Shown here piece after piece: positions 32,002-55,887 of a stretch of DNA of 64,000 bases. The DNA is from the human T2T-CHM13v2.0 reference genome, Homo sapiens. Position 1 is the stretch's first letter. The number at the start of each line of letters is the position of its first letter. The notes below the pieces were generated by a model. The model had not been told where the DNA came from and ran no database searches. It saw only the letters and a list, made by a program, of their open reading frames with translations. Location: assembly GCF_009914755.1 (NCBI RefSeq), contig NC_060939.1. The stretch is one strand, 5' to 3'. Made by a program: the position numbers and the translations under genes.

Positions 32002-34616
32002 TACAATACATAAGATATGTAACTTTTGAAATCTTATTACATACTATTTTATCTTAGATTTTATTGCCATTATAAAGTATACCTTGGGACATTTTACAAA
32101 ATAGTTAATATAATATCAATTTCTAAATAAGAACATTAAAAGTCACATTAAAAAATAAACTGATGACACTCCATGCATTATCATTCAACAACTGTTACTA
32201 ATAGGAAAAGGGTTCTTCCAGTTCTTAGAACAGCCACTGTTCCTGCAGGTCATAAGTCATTCTGTTTAGACTTTCTCTCCAAAGTTCATCTCAGTAAACC
32301 CTAAAGTATAAAAGCTCCATCTAAAAATACTAAGCCATTGAAGACTGTAACTGTGTTCCCAGGGTTCAAACCAGGCTTAAGAAATATCAAGATAGAAATC
32401 AGGCATGCATTTTCCAACACAATTCCACATGCCTTAAAGAGCTAGTTAAATAAACATGAACAACAAAGGCAGAATTACATGCACTAAGGCAATGGCTAAA
32501 CTTAAATGCATCAAGACTCAAATGAATCCACAACGCAGCCTGCCTCCAACATCCACCATCCATCCCCAACATCATCAGGCCTGAGGGAGAAAGGAAACCA
32601 ACCCAAAGTTGTTTTACCAAAGGTAAAAAAGTCAAATAAAATAGAAAATGAACGAATTTATATAGAATATTGGGCAAATACCACTATATGATCTTGAAAA
32701 TAGACTACAACACAGAATTAAATTGTTGGGAAAATTCCCATGTCCAACTCTAATGAGTAAAACCACACATTTCTTCCTATTGCAACACTTCTTGCTGTAT
32801 GCTATTCCTGTTTTGCAACTTTGTGAATTTTATGACCTAAGGGTCAGAGAGTTGGGACATATTTCTTTTTCTTCCAAACTACTTATGATTAAATATTCAA
32901 AACAACCTAACAACCCAATTCTCAAAAGAAAAGCTCCATTAAAAGCAAGATAAACATAAAACTTATGAAATGGTATTTTTCCGCACTGTTTCCACACCCT
33001 TAAGCAGTGTGGTTACGACCTACAAAATAGAGATATCCAATAGCCAGGGCTGACATGTGATGACATCTGAATCAGTGACCCATGCCCTGAAGGGATCCAT
33101 ATAAGGCTGCTAATGAAAGAGGGAAATGAAGATAAAGACCAGACAGGAAGACATTAATTCTACTAAAACTTCCAATGTTACCAAAATCCTGCCATAACCA
33201 CTATATAAAACATCTTCAACCCATGTGTTTATAAAAATCAAAAAGTTCACCAAAAGAAAAGCAAAGACAGAATTTCAAGCAAGAAAAATATGGAGAAAAT
33301 CACTCACAGGAGGAAATGATCACTTACATTCTTATAGACAAGGCAGACTTGGTTATACCATGAATTCAGGAAAGCCAAACTGAAGGGGAATATTGAGTAT
33401 ATGCAGAAGAAATGTTTGGATCACCATGCTAATTTTTAAAGTATAGTATTAAAATAACAAAAATCATCTTACTCTTGAGGAACAATTTCAAAATTTCCAA
33501 CGTGCCTTATATCATTATCTCAGCAAAGTGGATTCATGGAAAAAGCAGACTTTATCTAGTTTGAAATCACACACACAGTTTTCAGTTTTGGTTATGCCAT
33601 GCTGTGCTATCTTAAGAAAGTTATTTAAGTTCCCTAAGCATTTCCTCATGGTAAAATGAAGCAAATAATACTTGTCTCTTAGGATACTTGTGAAAATTAA
33701 AATGGAAAATTTACACAGTCATTTAAGAAACAGAACAGTGCACCAAGTCTCAAGTCTGGGCTAGGGACTGAGAACACTAAAGTGCAAGACATGGTCCCAG
33801 TTACTCTAATGGGGAGATGACTAGGTAAATTACTAATTACAACTAAATGACAAACTGCCATGACAGAGACAGTCATAAAATAGTAGAAGACAGAAGAAGT
33901 ACTCAACAAGTGTTGGATCACTCTCTCTTTATCTTTGCAACAAACCTGGAGGGTAGATACTATCACTGTATAAAGAAAAATTCAAGTGCATTAATTTGCC
34001 CAAGATTACAGTTACTAAATGCAAAGTGTTCAAACTCAGGTCCTTACAATTCTTACATTCTTTTCCCTACATTATATATCAAAAAGACATAAAATATTCC
34101 AGATAAATATTAGTACACTTTGTTTCTCTAAAGATGTGCCATCCCTAGCAACTAGTGCTACTTAAGATAAATTCACTCTTACGGCTCAGTCACTGAAAAG
34201 GCTTTTTACTCTTCCCTAGATAACCATAATTGCCTGATGTTTTCCAGAGAATGTGTACTATACTCCATTTTTCTGATCCAGCAATAGTTCAAATTGGATG
34301 CATCAAAATCACCTAGGAAACCTGTTAGAAACACAGACTGCTCACTCCCACACCAGACTAAATTAAAATCTACATGGATAAAATAATTTGGCAATATCTA
34401 TCAAAATCTTAAGTACAATATACCTTTTGATCAAATATTCCCTATTTTACCCTATAAGTATATATACAAAAGTTTGCCAAAATATATGTAGGACATTCAG
34501 AGCCTCAGTATTTATAGTAGCAAAAACTAAATATAATCATACCACTCATCAGTGAGGAGTAGTTAAATAAATTACTGAATTACACTGGAATACTACACAG
34601 CTACTAAAAGTTAAGA

Positions 34617-34914
<298 letters not shown>

Positions 34915-36859
34915 TGGAAAGTTTAAAGACCACTGGTTTAGAATGGTCTCAAACCCCCTACCAAACTAGTAATTCCCATCAAAATGGAACAACTTATGTC
35001 TGGTGCTAGTTTCCTGTTGAACCAGAGTTACGCAATGCCTACCATTTTATATAATAATCATGATTACTGCTAGAATGGAATCTCTTAAACTATTGCACAC
35101 TAACAGCTTGAAAAAGTGCACAGGGGCATTTTCTAAAGAGTCTAATGCATAAATAATCCAAGGGTGGAAGAAAAAGGGACTCATATAATCAGTCAGTACT
35201 GAATCACATGCATTCTGTAATTGAGGGCCCATGAGATTTCAATGGTTTTAAGGCATGTTTAATGTCTGTCTGGTTCCCACTATACTGAATGGTTCATCAG
35301 AGCAAGGACCTTACCTTGTCCTTGTTTACCATTGTGGTCCCAACACCTAGCACATAAGCAGCTGTCAATAAATAGCTGTATAGTAAATAAATTATTAAAG
35401 TCTTCCTAACCGAATGTCTGGCTCCAGAAGTCTAAGTACCTAGAAACTTAGTCAAAGAACTTGGAGTTGAAACACTGACACTGCCTTGTTGCTAATAATT
35501 TGGCCAACCTATCCTCATAAGCTTAAGAAAAGAGGGAGAGATTTTGACTGATTTTCCAGCTAACAGTATCAATAAATGTAGAAGATCTACTAGAAGAGAA
35601 TCTACCAAAGCCTTCCTTATAATTCACCATTTACTGAATACCTACTATGATCAAGCTGTTTTGCTAGGGTCTTTACAAAAATTATCATTATCTTCACAGG
35701 CCTGCTTTTGAAGACAGAGAAGCTGAGGCCCAGAAAGGGTAAGTAATTTGCCCTAGTTCACTGAATGAGGATTCATTTGCTTCACAGTAAAGTTCCTGCT
35801 CTTTCCATTGCATTGCCCTACCTCTATTCCATGAAGATCCTGTTGGTGCTAGAAGGAGTGTGTTCATTTTTGTAATCCCAATTAATTTACCACATCATGG
35901 AGCACAGAATAAGCATTCTGTAAAGACCAACAGTTTATACAAAATCTATAATTTACTCAAAAGATTCCCATTCTCTCAATTTTAGAGAGATCAAAAGTGA
36001 TTTTGTTCCATTCTTTTTCAGAATCTAGTTTTACCAGAGGAAGAATTTATAGTGCAGGAGGAAAACAGGGTGTTCGTTAAGACTACAAGCAAATACTAAA
36101 TTGACCCCAGAGAGTATGGATGTGGGCTCCTTTGTGTTAGATAAATGAAATACTTCTGACTAAGCTAAGTTAGTAAAGTTAGTAAACTAACCTCTTCACA
36201 TGTGGGAGATAGGCCACAGGATTATTATAGGGAGGCAAGGAAAAGGACTGCAAGCCTTTTCTGGAGAAATGGAATCCCTTGACCGGATTATCCCTCCTTG
36301 GATTCTTTGTAGAGCTGACCTGTGCCAGAGCACAATATACGAGTGTACTGCTCTTCTAACAGTACTGACCTATAAAACACTTTATCTTGAAATCAAGGAT
36401 ATGGCTCAGCCCCTACACACAGAGAAGGCCCAAGAAAAGAGGAAGAGTCTTAGAAAAATTGCTTTCCTTCCATTCATGTGGGAGGATTTGTTTTATAAAA
36501 GGACTAAACTGTTTCTCTGATGATAAAGAATGATTAGCTGATATTAGTAATTCACAGCTCAGAGATAATTCTGTAGCATAAGCTGTTACATCCAAAAAAA
36601 ACTTTAAAAATATTAACCCTCACTTGTTATAATCCTATTCTTATAGACCAAATCCATCCTATTAGGAAAGAGAAAAGTATTCTCTGCTTTGAACATTGAA
36701 ACTAAAAGTTTTCAACCTGAAGTCTAATAGACATAAGTCATAGATGGCCTCAGTAGGTCTCTGAACTCCTAAAAATTGTATTTAAAGTTGTGCGAATGTG
36801 TTTCTTTTCTTTGCTGTGGTACTATTACCACAATAAAGATATTGCTGCTTTCTTTAGAG

Positions 36860-37184
36860 CAGGGGTCCCCAATTCCTACTACCAGTCCATGGCCTGTTAG
36901 GAACTGGGCCTCACAGCAGGAGGTGAGCAGTGAGTGAGTGAGCAATACTGCCTGAGCTCCACATCCTGCCAGATCAGCGGTGGCATTAGATTCTCATAGG
37001 AACGCAAGCCCTATTGTAAACTGCACATGCTAGGGATGTAGGCTGCATGCTCTTTATGAGAATCTAATGATAAACATAATGTGCTTGAATCATCCCAAAA
37101 CCATCCCTCTCCTTCACCCCTCGCTGTAGAAAAACTGTCTTCCACAAAACCGGTCCTTGGTACCAAAAAGGTTGGAGACCGCTG
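36860..37184 (+). mobile_element. MER1-type hAT-Charlie DNA transposon
   Basis: Termini CAGGGGTCCCCAA and TTGGAGACCGCTG; 8-bp TSD CTTTAGAG/CTCTAGAG; internal GGCATTAGATTCTCATAGG. Confidence 0.9.
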
Positions 37185-38906
37185 CTCTAGAGGGTTTAAT
37201 GTCCTAATGAACAATGCAAATTTTGAGATCACTGACAACCACTGACAGATGCGTCTAAATTTAAGAGACAAAAAAAGCACTGATAAGGGAGTATTAGGCA
37301 TGTTGAGAGGTCTTTTAAAATGCAGTGTGAAGAGGCATAACACACTCATTCAGTCTTCTCTAACTTTAGTTTTATATATAATTGTCTTAACTACATTATT
37401 TTCAGAAAAGAAAACTAATACTCTAATCCCACAAACACTGTTCTAATTTCTCAAATTTCCTTTATGTCTCAGATAAATTGAAGTGGAGAGTAACAAAAGG
37501 AAAACTTTTAAAAAGCTTAAACAAACATGACCACATTTCCTATGAAACTATAGCATACAATAGATTAATTACATTAGCATTTACTATAGAATAGTTGGAT
37601 GTTTTAACATCCCGGAAGTTACAGGGTCAAAGTTTGAGATCATTGACAACTACTGATAAGTGTCTAAACTTCAAAGACCAAAAAAAAGAAACAAAACCTG
37701 ATAAATCAAGGTGTATTAAGCATGTTGAGAGGTTTAACAAAGTACTATAATCTTACCAAGAATACTATATCAAGAGTGTTACTATTAAACTCCCACCGCT
37801 CCCTGGGAGTGAGTTTTGATCAATGTAAATATGTCTACTTTTCTACTGAAGAAGGTACATTTTATTAAGAGTTAGAAAAATAATTACAAGAAGGAGGTAC
37901 CATTTATTAAAAACCTACTGGGTGACAAGTATTATACTATTTTCATTCTATATTCCTAATCTTTCTTTCAAGACTGCCACAATCCTAGAAGTTGGTTATT
38001 AATCCCACTTTAATATTTTTGAAAAAGGAATTTCACAGGATTTAATCAAATTCCTATGTCACAAGGTAAATACATGACTATAATTCAAACTCAGCCCTCT
38101 TTACTGTTTTTTCCACTTTACTAATGACATTTTTCTATAGTTTCGTTTTCTGTTGCTCAAATTTTTTGCTCTTTATTAATTGCATTTAAATTCTTCACTT
38201 CTGCTGTGATCTTTGCTCATAAACAAAAAAACTAACAGGAAGGCAGGGTTGTCTGGGCTTTGATGGTTACTTGGCTGTACCAAGAGATCTTATAGAAAGT
38301 CTTAAGAGGCCAGTGTTGACATATGAAAAATCTTACAACCAAGAGGACAAAACACAGATTAACAAAGATTTCCCAGGAAAACACCCATTCCTTCTCTCCA
38401 TTTTAGTCACCTAATTAAAATCCTAGCTCTTTATGATACTCTCAGAATTATTAATTTCTAAAAAGGACAAATAGGTTTCCTTATTAAATACGTTCCTGAT
38501 TAAGCAAGAAATTTCACAAGTCACATATCCATTGAAATCATGTACAAGGTAAATAAGGCACATAAAATGTTTAATATTAATGTTTTCAGTAACAAGATTT
38601 TCTTTTTCATAGAGGAAATAACACATATATTAAATTTTAAAATTAAATAAGAAAATGAAGTCACCTTCTCATCCTTTTCACCCTTCTTACCCCTCCCCTC
38701 CTCATTCCCAGGAAGCAATTACTTAATAATTACCTATGAACCCTTCCTGAAATGTTCAATATATAAAAGTATATCTTTTATATATCTTCTTTTAACATAA
38801 ATGGGATCATGCTATACACAATTCTGCCACTTATTTTCCACTTAGTTAACAATGTATCTTGAAGAACTTTCTACATCAGCACAGAGGAAATTACTTCATT
38901 CTTCTT

Positions 38907-41237
<2,331 letters not shown>

Positions 41238-42963
41238 TCATGTTGTGGCTTTGCCATAATTAATTTTGGTTGTTTCCAGTCTTTTACTATTTCAAACAAT
41301 GCTTCGATGAACATGTATGTATAGATGATATATGCGTATGTGTCCAAGAATCCCTACAGGATAAATTCTAAGATATAGTATGCTGGATCAGTGATTAAAA
41401 TTAATTGCAACTGCAAATTGTCTTCCAAAAAGATTATAGCCCCAAGCTGTATAAAAGTACCTATTTCTCCACTTACTCACTAACCCCAATCATTATCAAA
41501 TGTTTTAATCTTTCCATTCCAACAAAACCTGACATCTCCCTGTTCTAATTTGTATTTTTATTAGAAGATAAGCATCTTTTCACATATTTATCAGCCATTT
41601 ATATTTCTTTCTCTGTAAACTGACTATTCATATTATTGGTCCATTTGTCTTTCTGCAGTTTTTCACACCTACAAACAAACCCTTACCATTATTAACTCCC
41701 ACCCACCACAAGGCACCGCCAACTCCAAGATACATAAAACTCCTACCATTGAGATGTAAGTCCACACTACAGTAAGAAAAGCAGGGAAGGGGTAGCATTT
41801 GAATAAGTTCTTTTGTCCACATGATTGAGAACACACTTTACTGACATGATTCAGTTATTCTAACTGCCCAAAGTCCACTCGAGAGTGCTGAATAAGCAAA
41901 ATAAATACATGAAAAAGGAACTAGACAGTATGAAGAAAGCTTACAGCAAAAAAGTTTAACCTAAGTCAATGATGAGTACGGAAATGTTGGAAATAACCTA
42001 ATAACGACTGCTTGTGTGGTAATCAAAGGGACTGTTCCTCTTAGAAACAACTCATATCAGAAAATGCAAAATTAACAAAATTTATGCAAGAGCAGTAGAA
42101 AAACGCAAAGCTGTGGGTGCTATGTCGAGGGAAACATAAGACAAAGCTTGACTACAAATATGTAAAAACAAAAATCTATGGGAAGAAAAAAACAACAGAA
42201 GAAAACTTAAGAAAACGTTCTAAGCGTTTATGAGTAAGTGGTAAAAGGCAAGATGATTTCAAATTTCTTCCTAACTACTCCAAAACAGCAACTGGCCTGA
42301 AAGAAAGAACTTTCTTTATAAAAGTAAAATTTTAAATTTAGACTTTAAAAAGAGTAATTTAATGTTACTAAAAAAAAAACTAGCCAATTTTGATAATTTA
42401 CTAATAGATGGAGCTATAACAAACTTCTAAGTACTAAGCTAAAGAGAAACAAACTTGTGGTCCAAACTAAGTCTATTTATATACCTCTGATAAAGAAGAA
42501 AAACGTGTTTTTTTCACTGGTGGTAGTAATATCTGAAAGGAAAATGAGACCTTGAAAAGCAAAATATGCAATAATTAATTATTTGCTCTAATTAACCATT
42601 ATAAAACCAACTCTATCTCCAGCTTGCCTGCATTCTCAATAAAAGGTAGATCCGGAAGTGGAAATCAAAAATCTTATATCTTATATTTTATATGTCAGTG
42701 CTTTTAATAACTATTTATATGTCAGTGCTAAGAATAAACCATTCAAAGTATTCATTGTCAAAAATCTCTAAAAAAAAAAAAAAAAAATCAATACTGTAAA
42801 AATCAGTCCCATGGCCTGGCCAACATATACAAAAACCTACAGTCACCTTTTAACCTCAAATTTATTCTCAAAAGCTTGGAGTATGTAACAATTTGCTTCA
42901 TAACAAATAATGAAGTAAAATACTACTTTTTAAAATAGCTACTTCTAAAGAAATAAAAATAAC

Positions 42964-43928
42964 TTTTTTTATTATACTTTAAGTTTTAGGGTACATGTGC
43001 ACAACGTGCAGGTTTGTTACATATGTATACATGTGCCATGTTGGTGTGCTGCACCCATTAACTCATCATTTAGCATTAGGTATATCTCCTAATGCTATCC
43101 CTCCCCCGTCCCCCCACCCCACAACAGGTCCCGGTGTGTGATGTTCTCCTTCCTGTGTCCATGTGTTGTCATTGTTCAATTCCCACCTACGAGTGAGAAT
43201 ATGCAGTGTTTGGTTTTTTGTCCTTGAGACAGTTTGCTGAGAATGATGGTTTCCAGCTTCATCCATGTCCCTACAAAGGACATGAACTCATCATTTTTTA
43301 TGGCTGCATAGCATTCCATGGTGTATATGTGCCACATTTTCTTAATCCAGTCTATCATTGTTGGATATTTGGGTTGGTTCCAAGTCTTTGCTATTGTGAA
43401 TAGTGCCGCAGTAAACATACGTGTGCATGTGTCTTTATAGCAGCATGATTTATAAACCTTTGGGTATATAGCCAGTAATGGGATGGCTGGGTCAGATGGT
43501 ATTTCTAGCTCTAGATCCCTGAGGAATCGCCACACTGACTTCCACAATGGTTGAACCAGTTTACAGTCCCACCAGCAGTGTAAAAGTGTTCCTATTTCTC
43601 CACAACCTCTCCAGCACCTGTTGTTTCCTGACTTTTTAATGATCGCCATTCTAACTGGTGTGAGATGGTATCTCATTGTGGTTTTGATTTGCATTTCTCT
43701 GATGGCCAGTGATGATGAGCATTTTTTCAGATGTTTTTTGGCTGCATAAATGTCTTCTTTTGAGAAGTGTCTGTTCATATCCTTTGCCCACTTTTTGATG
43801 GGGTTGTTTGTTTTTTTCTTGTAAATTTGTTTGAGTTAATTGTAGATTCTGGATATTAGTGCTTTGTCAGCTGAGTAGGTTGCAGAATTTTTTTCCCATT
43901 CTGTAGGTCGCCTGTTCACTCTGATGGT
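42964..43928 (-). mobile_element. L1PA3/4-like 5'-truncated LINE-1, ~1 kb
   Basis: ORF2 C-terminus (ORF 43176..43778) and 3'UTR with GAG-type diagnostic. No TSD found. Confidence 0.88.
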
Positions 43929-43951
43929 GATGACCCAATATTGTTTAGGGG

Positions 43952-44267
43952 TTTTTTTTTTTTTGAGATGAGGTCTCACCCTGTCCCCTAGGCTGGAGTG
44001 CAGTGGCACAATCTCAGCTCTCTTCAACTGCCACCTCCCAGACTCAAGCAATCCTCCCACTTCAGCCTCCCAAATAGCTAGGACCACAGGTGCAAGCACC
44101 ACACCCTGTTAATTTTTTGTATTTTTTGGTAGAGATAGTATTTCACCATGTTGTCCAGGCTAGTCTCGAACTCCTGGGCTCAAGTGATCTGGCCAGGAGC
44201 GCTGGGATTACAGGCCTCAACCTCCTAAAGTGCTGGGATTACAGGTGTGAGCTGCCACACCCAGCCA
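43952..44267 (-). mobile_element. Alu (AluJ-like) with an internal rearrangement
   Basis: Reverse Alu; approximate TSD CAATA(T/C)TGTTT. Confidence 0.85.
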
Positions 44268-44485
44268 CAATACTGTTTCTCAATTTGTTCTTAATACATT
44301 TTACATTTGAAAGTTTTAAAGTTAATTGTATATTATGTCATATATACCAACATAAATTAATATTTATGACAACTTCAAATTATTTTTGTAACTATTGGAA
44401 ATTTCTGGAAAACCATTTAATCTAAATGTTGATATTTTGAGGGAAATAGTCGTAACAGTGTCCCAAAAACTTTGCTCAAATAGTA

Positions 44486-44533
44486 TGATTAAACTATTAA
44501 ATTGTGATTAAACTATTAAACTGTAATTAAACT
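44486..44533 (+). repeat. 19-bp tandem repeat, ~2.5 copies
   Basis: TGATTAAACTATTAAATTG / TGATTAAACTATTAAACTG / TAATTAAACT. Confidence 0.85.
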
Positions 44534-46356
44534 TCCAACACCTTCAGTATGATGGAAAGAGCATATTCCTGAGAATCTAGAGGAGCTAACACTGTAACAA
44601 TGGGTATATCACAATCTTCCTATAGATGTTTCCTTCAGCAGCCAAATGAAAGATTTCAGCTAGATCATTTGAGACCCCTTTTTTACACTGTATTTCTGTG
44701 GCTGTACACAAATTTGCTTCAAAAAGTCTCCAAAAGATTAAATAATCCAGTGTGCACTATTTTACATAGAGCCGTAGGTAAGCAGGCACAGTATGTTCTT
44801 TACTTTGTGATGTTTCCCCTCCTCACAGATGGCAGAATTAGAGGATGGTCCAGAATAATGACTAATAACCATCTGGAAATGACGGTGGCTAATAACCAGC
44901 TGGAAAAGATGAGCTAAGCCAATCAAAGTCTACTCCGGGAAATTTAAACCAAAAGACCCAGAGTTACCAGAAAGAGTGGAGCTGAAAAGTCATGCATATT
45001 CAGAAATAAGGCAACTATTAAGAATCATGTGCAACTTGAAGAGGAACTCACAAGTTTCAGAAGCAAATAGATCAGATGCCCAAAGACAAGAAAGACCTGT
45101 AAGAAAACAATGCATAAAATCCCTAAAACAAAGCAGTTGATACTACCAGCTTTCTATTTCCAATTACTCTGAAGTCCAATTGCTCTTCCTTGATGGTTTA
45201 TTGTGTATCTTAAAATAAACCTTGCTCTTACTTCAGTACATTTGCCTCTTGCCCTGACTAGAAGCAAAACTGGTACAAAGATTAGGGATATACAGAGCAG
45301 GGCTTCAAAGAAAATGTGGATTTGGCCATGAAATTAGGGTAAGGAGTACAATGAGAATTCTGGGAGGAAAGAGAGCAAAACAGGATGCATACAGTGATAG
45401 CAGTTACTAAAGTTATCTGTGATTGCTTGGAACCCAGAATATGTGATTGCAAGGCTTTTGAGCATTAGATAGCTAAATGTACTTTTTTTCAGCCTTTAAT
45501 AAAGTATAGAAAAAGCAATGAGCTAGAGTATGGTACAGCATCAAACCATACAACTTTTCTGGAAAATAATTTGATATTATGAATTAAGAGACTATAAAGA
45601 GAATTAAATAGAGTACTTTGATTCAGTAAATCTCTTTTTAGGACTCGACCCTAAGAAAACATCCAGACATGTAAACAAAGATCACAATTAGTATTAAGAT
45701 GTTTATTGCACCATTATGTAAAGCAATAAAAAAGCAAACAATCTAAACAACACATAATAGAAAAATTATGCTTTATCATGTCAAATGTATTGTTCATCTT
45801 ATTCACAGGCCTTTCTAGAGAAAAGTGCCCCATCTACAGTCCTTCTGAAAGAGCAGCCCTGGCAAACCACGTGATCAACAGTATAAAACTGACTGGATCT
45901 GGCGTTGACACTTGATTCCAAAGACCAAGAATTTAATACCAAAAGCCATAGGCTAGCCAGTAAGCTATGATGTGGTCTGGCTTAAAAGAGTGAACTGGGT
46001 CAGATTCTACTTCCTAGATATTCAACTAGTAAAATCAAGAAATGTAGCAGGTATTAACAGGCACTAAAGCCAAAATGGCTTTATGTACACAGAGGCCAGG
46101 GAAGTCACTGTGATTCTCATGTAAGCCAGTTTTAATAGACCCAACACAAAAAGAGGAACAGACACTGTAAGAGACCACATAGCCCACTAGAAAGAGTAAG
46201 CAGTCCACAGAAATGAGTCCCTGATAACTCAGGCTCAGCTGTACTACAACTTGTGTTACAAGACTCTTGGAAGATTTGTCTACTATTCTCTTTTCTATAT
46301 CCTTACAATAAATTTCCCATTACTAAGGTAATCTGCCTTGACTAGTTCCATTTTAA

Positions 46357-46478
46357 TTTTTTTTTTTTAAGAGATGGGGTCTCAATATGTTAGTTGGACT
46401 CAAACTCCTAGGCTCAGGTGATCCTCCCACCTCAGCCTCCCAAGTAGCTGAAACTACAGGCATGCCACTGCACCCAAC
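46357..46478 (-). mobile_element. Alu monomer (FLAM-like)
   Basis: Single Alu arm with poly(T); TSD TTCCATTTTAA. Confidence 0.8.
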
Positions 46479-46734
46479 TTCCATTTTAACTCTTTATTCA
46501 ACAACTATTCATAATACGATAACTGCTAAGCATTAAGTCAACAAATGTCTGTTGAGCAGTTACTCTAGACCAGGCACACAGGGCATAATGTGGTAGAAAA
46601 TACACACAGGATCCTGCCACATGTGCTTATATTTTGCTAGGATAGGAGGAGAGAGAGAGAAGTGGACAGTAAGTTTTTGTTTGTATTTTTTTAATTTGTA
46701 AAGGCTTGAGATTCTCATTAAAAATAGCAGACAA

Positions 46735-52876
<6,142 letters not shown>

Positions 52877-55437
52877 AGCAGACAAACATGCACCTACATA
52901 ATCCCTCATAAAACCTCACAAAACCCACTAAGACAATGTTTTAAATTCAGAGGTGTACCTAAAACATCCTCCACAAAGAATAAATTAAAGTGAGTACATG
53001 TGTAACCACCACCCAAGAAGAGAAGAGTATTTCCAGCAACTCAAAAGATTATCTGTCCCTTCCAAATTACACTTCTCCGTCTCAAGCAAAAGTAGCCACT
53101 ACCCTTTTTGGGAAATCACCCCCTTATTTTTCTTTGTAGTTTTTCAACCTCTGTATGCATGCCTAAACAATATGGTTTAGTTTTGCCTCCCCTCTGAACT
53201 TTATGTAAATGGAATCATACTGTATGCTTTTGTGTCTCTTTCTCTGAACATTAGGTCAGAAGTTTATCCTGGTGTATGTAACTGTGATTCACTCACTTTC
53301 ATTTCTTATTAATATTCCCTGGTATGTACCACAATTTATCCACTCTAATGTTGATGGACATTTTGCCTATTACATACAATGCTGCTATGAACATTCTTGT
53401 AGGGAAATCTCGCATACGTGCATGCATTTCTCTAGAATATACACACAAAAGAGGAACTGATGGATCACAGGTTAGGCGTATCTTAAATTTTGGCATTAAT
53501 GCTAAATTGTTTTCCAAAATAGTTGTACCAATTTATACTGTCACTAGCAGTGCATGAGAATTCCCATCACTGGACATCCTTGCCATCACCAGATACATGT
53601 GAGAGTAAGTAATTTTGTGCAAATCTGTTAGGTATATAATAGAATCTCCTGATTTCAATCTGTCTTTTTGTGATTATTAATGAGCTATGGCTCCTTTTCA
53701 AATATTTACCGGTCATTTAGATTTTCTCTTGTGACGCACCTGTTCAAATATTTCATCCGTTATTGTTATCATTTTCTTATTTGTAGATATTGTTATATTC
53801 TGGATACTAGTCCTTTGTCAAATATAGATGTTGCAATTCTTTTCTCCAACTCCACAACTTGCATTTCACTTTTAACGCTATCTTTGAGGAAGTTCCTAAT
53901 TTTAAAGTAGTCCAATCTATCATTAATCTCCTTTTATGATACAGTACTTCCTTTACTTTTAGTTTTTTATTTTGACATAATTTCAGGCTTACAAAAAGTT
54001 GTAAATTTATACAGTTATACAAAGTTATAAAAAGTTCCTGTATACCACATTCCCCAAATGTTAATATTTTACATCTGCTTTACCCTTGTCTCTATATACA
54101 TACATATATTTTTTTCTGGACCATTTGAAAGTTGCAGGCATGATTCCTTTTTATTCCTTAATACTTTAATGTTTCCCCTTAAAAATGTCTTATATGACCA
54201 CAGTACAATTATCAAGATCGGGCAATGGATACTGATAAAATACTATTATCTATAGAGCTTAGATTTCTTGAGCTGCTGCAATAGTGTCCTTTATAGTAAA
54301 AGAAAATTCCAGATTAAGTGTTTAGCTATGTCTTTTTAGACTCCTTTAATCTGGAATAATTCTTCACTCTTTCTTTGTCTTTCATGGCATTAACAGTTTT
54401 GAAGAACACAGATCAGTTATTTTATAGAATATCTTAAAATGCAGGTTTCTCTGATGTTTCCTCTCAATTAGATTTAGGTTATGGGTTTGGGGCAGGAATA
54501 CCACAGAAATGTAGCAATGTTCTTATTGCGTTTTATCAGGTGGCACTTCTGTTAATTTGCCCCATCTCTGATGATGTTTACTTTGGACAGCAAATGCAGA
54601 TAGTATCTTCCAGGTTTCTCCTCTATGTTGTTTTTCCTTTATAATTAATAAGTATACTGTGGGAATATATTTTGAGATTATGTAAATATCCTGTTCCTTA
54701 CTAAACTTTCATCCATTAGTTTTAGTATTACTATGATGGCTGCCAAATGGCAATTTTCTAATTCCATCGTTGCATCATTTGTCAGTTTCCCTCTGTAAAG
54801 AAGAGCGTTCCTTATTTGTGTACTTATTTATATCAGTAAAAATTCATGGATTTTTATCTTATTCAAAGGGTTATAATCCACTATCATTTATTTTCATACC
54901 CAGATTGTCCCAGATTTGGCCAGTGGAAGACCTTTAAGCTAGCTCCAGTGTCATTATGACATGCTATGACCATTCTTTGAGCAATTCCTTACTTTCTGGC
55001 ACAAGAAATTCCAGATTCATCTCATTTTTCATGCTCCAGCCTAAAATCAGCTATTCCTCCAAGAAATAGTGGTTCCTTTTAGTGGACAAAGGTATTTAGA
55101 AACCAAGATCTAGATGCCAGTTGTGTTCACTGCTACAGGGGTATCACTGCTTCTACGCCTCTCAGCTGACAGTTAGGAAAACAAATGTGTGTGTATGTTT
55201 ATGTATGTATCTATAGACAGACACACACACATCTATTTTCAACTGTCCACTGAAAGGGCTTAGGATCAAAGACACACCAATACAAACATCCCTATCATAT
55301 CTACATATCTCTATACCTATACATCACTGCTCTATGTCTGTTTAAATATACACAAATATATGCATGTATACATACACACATTATTCATATAAACATGTAA
55401 TATATTCATATGTGTATAGACACATACACATCTATGA

Positions 55438-55789
<352 letters not shown>

Positions 55790-55887
55790 GCCTTCCCACT
55801 TTCTACACTTGTAACTCTCTTCTTCAATAATGAGAAACCTGGCTCACAATATCCAAAATATTTCTATCTGCAATTGTGGTTTATTTG

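Noticed and set aside
36200-36520. 106-aa plus-strand ORF in non-Alu sequence
   Set aside because: No domain resemblance, promoter or splice support.
42652-42729. ETS/GABPA motif CCGGAAGTG next to a 16-bp direct repeat (TTTATATGTCAGTGCT twice)
   Set aside because: A single 9-mer and a short slippage duplication are not enough to call a regulatory element in 64 kb.
44486-44533. CRISPR-like or other prokaryotic repeat system
   Set aside because: It is a simple tandem repeat without spacers. The window is human intronic DNA with no prokaryotic features.
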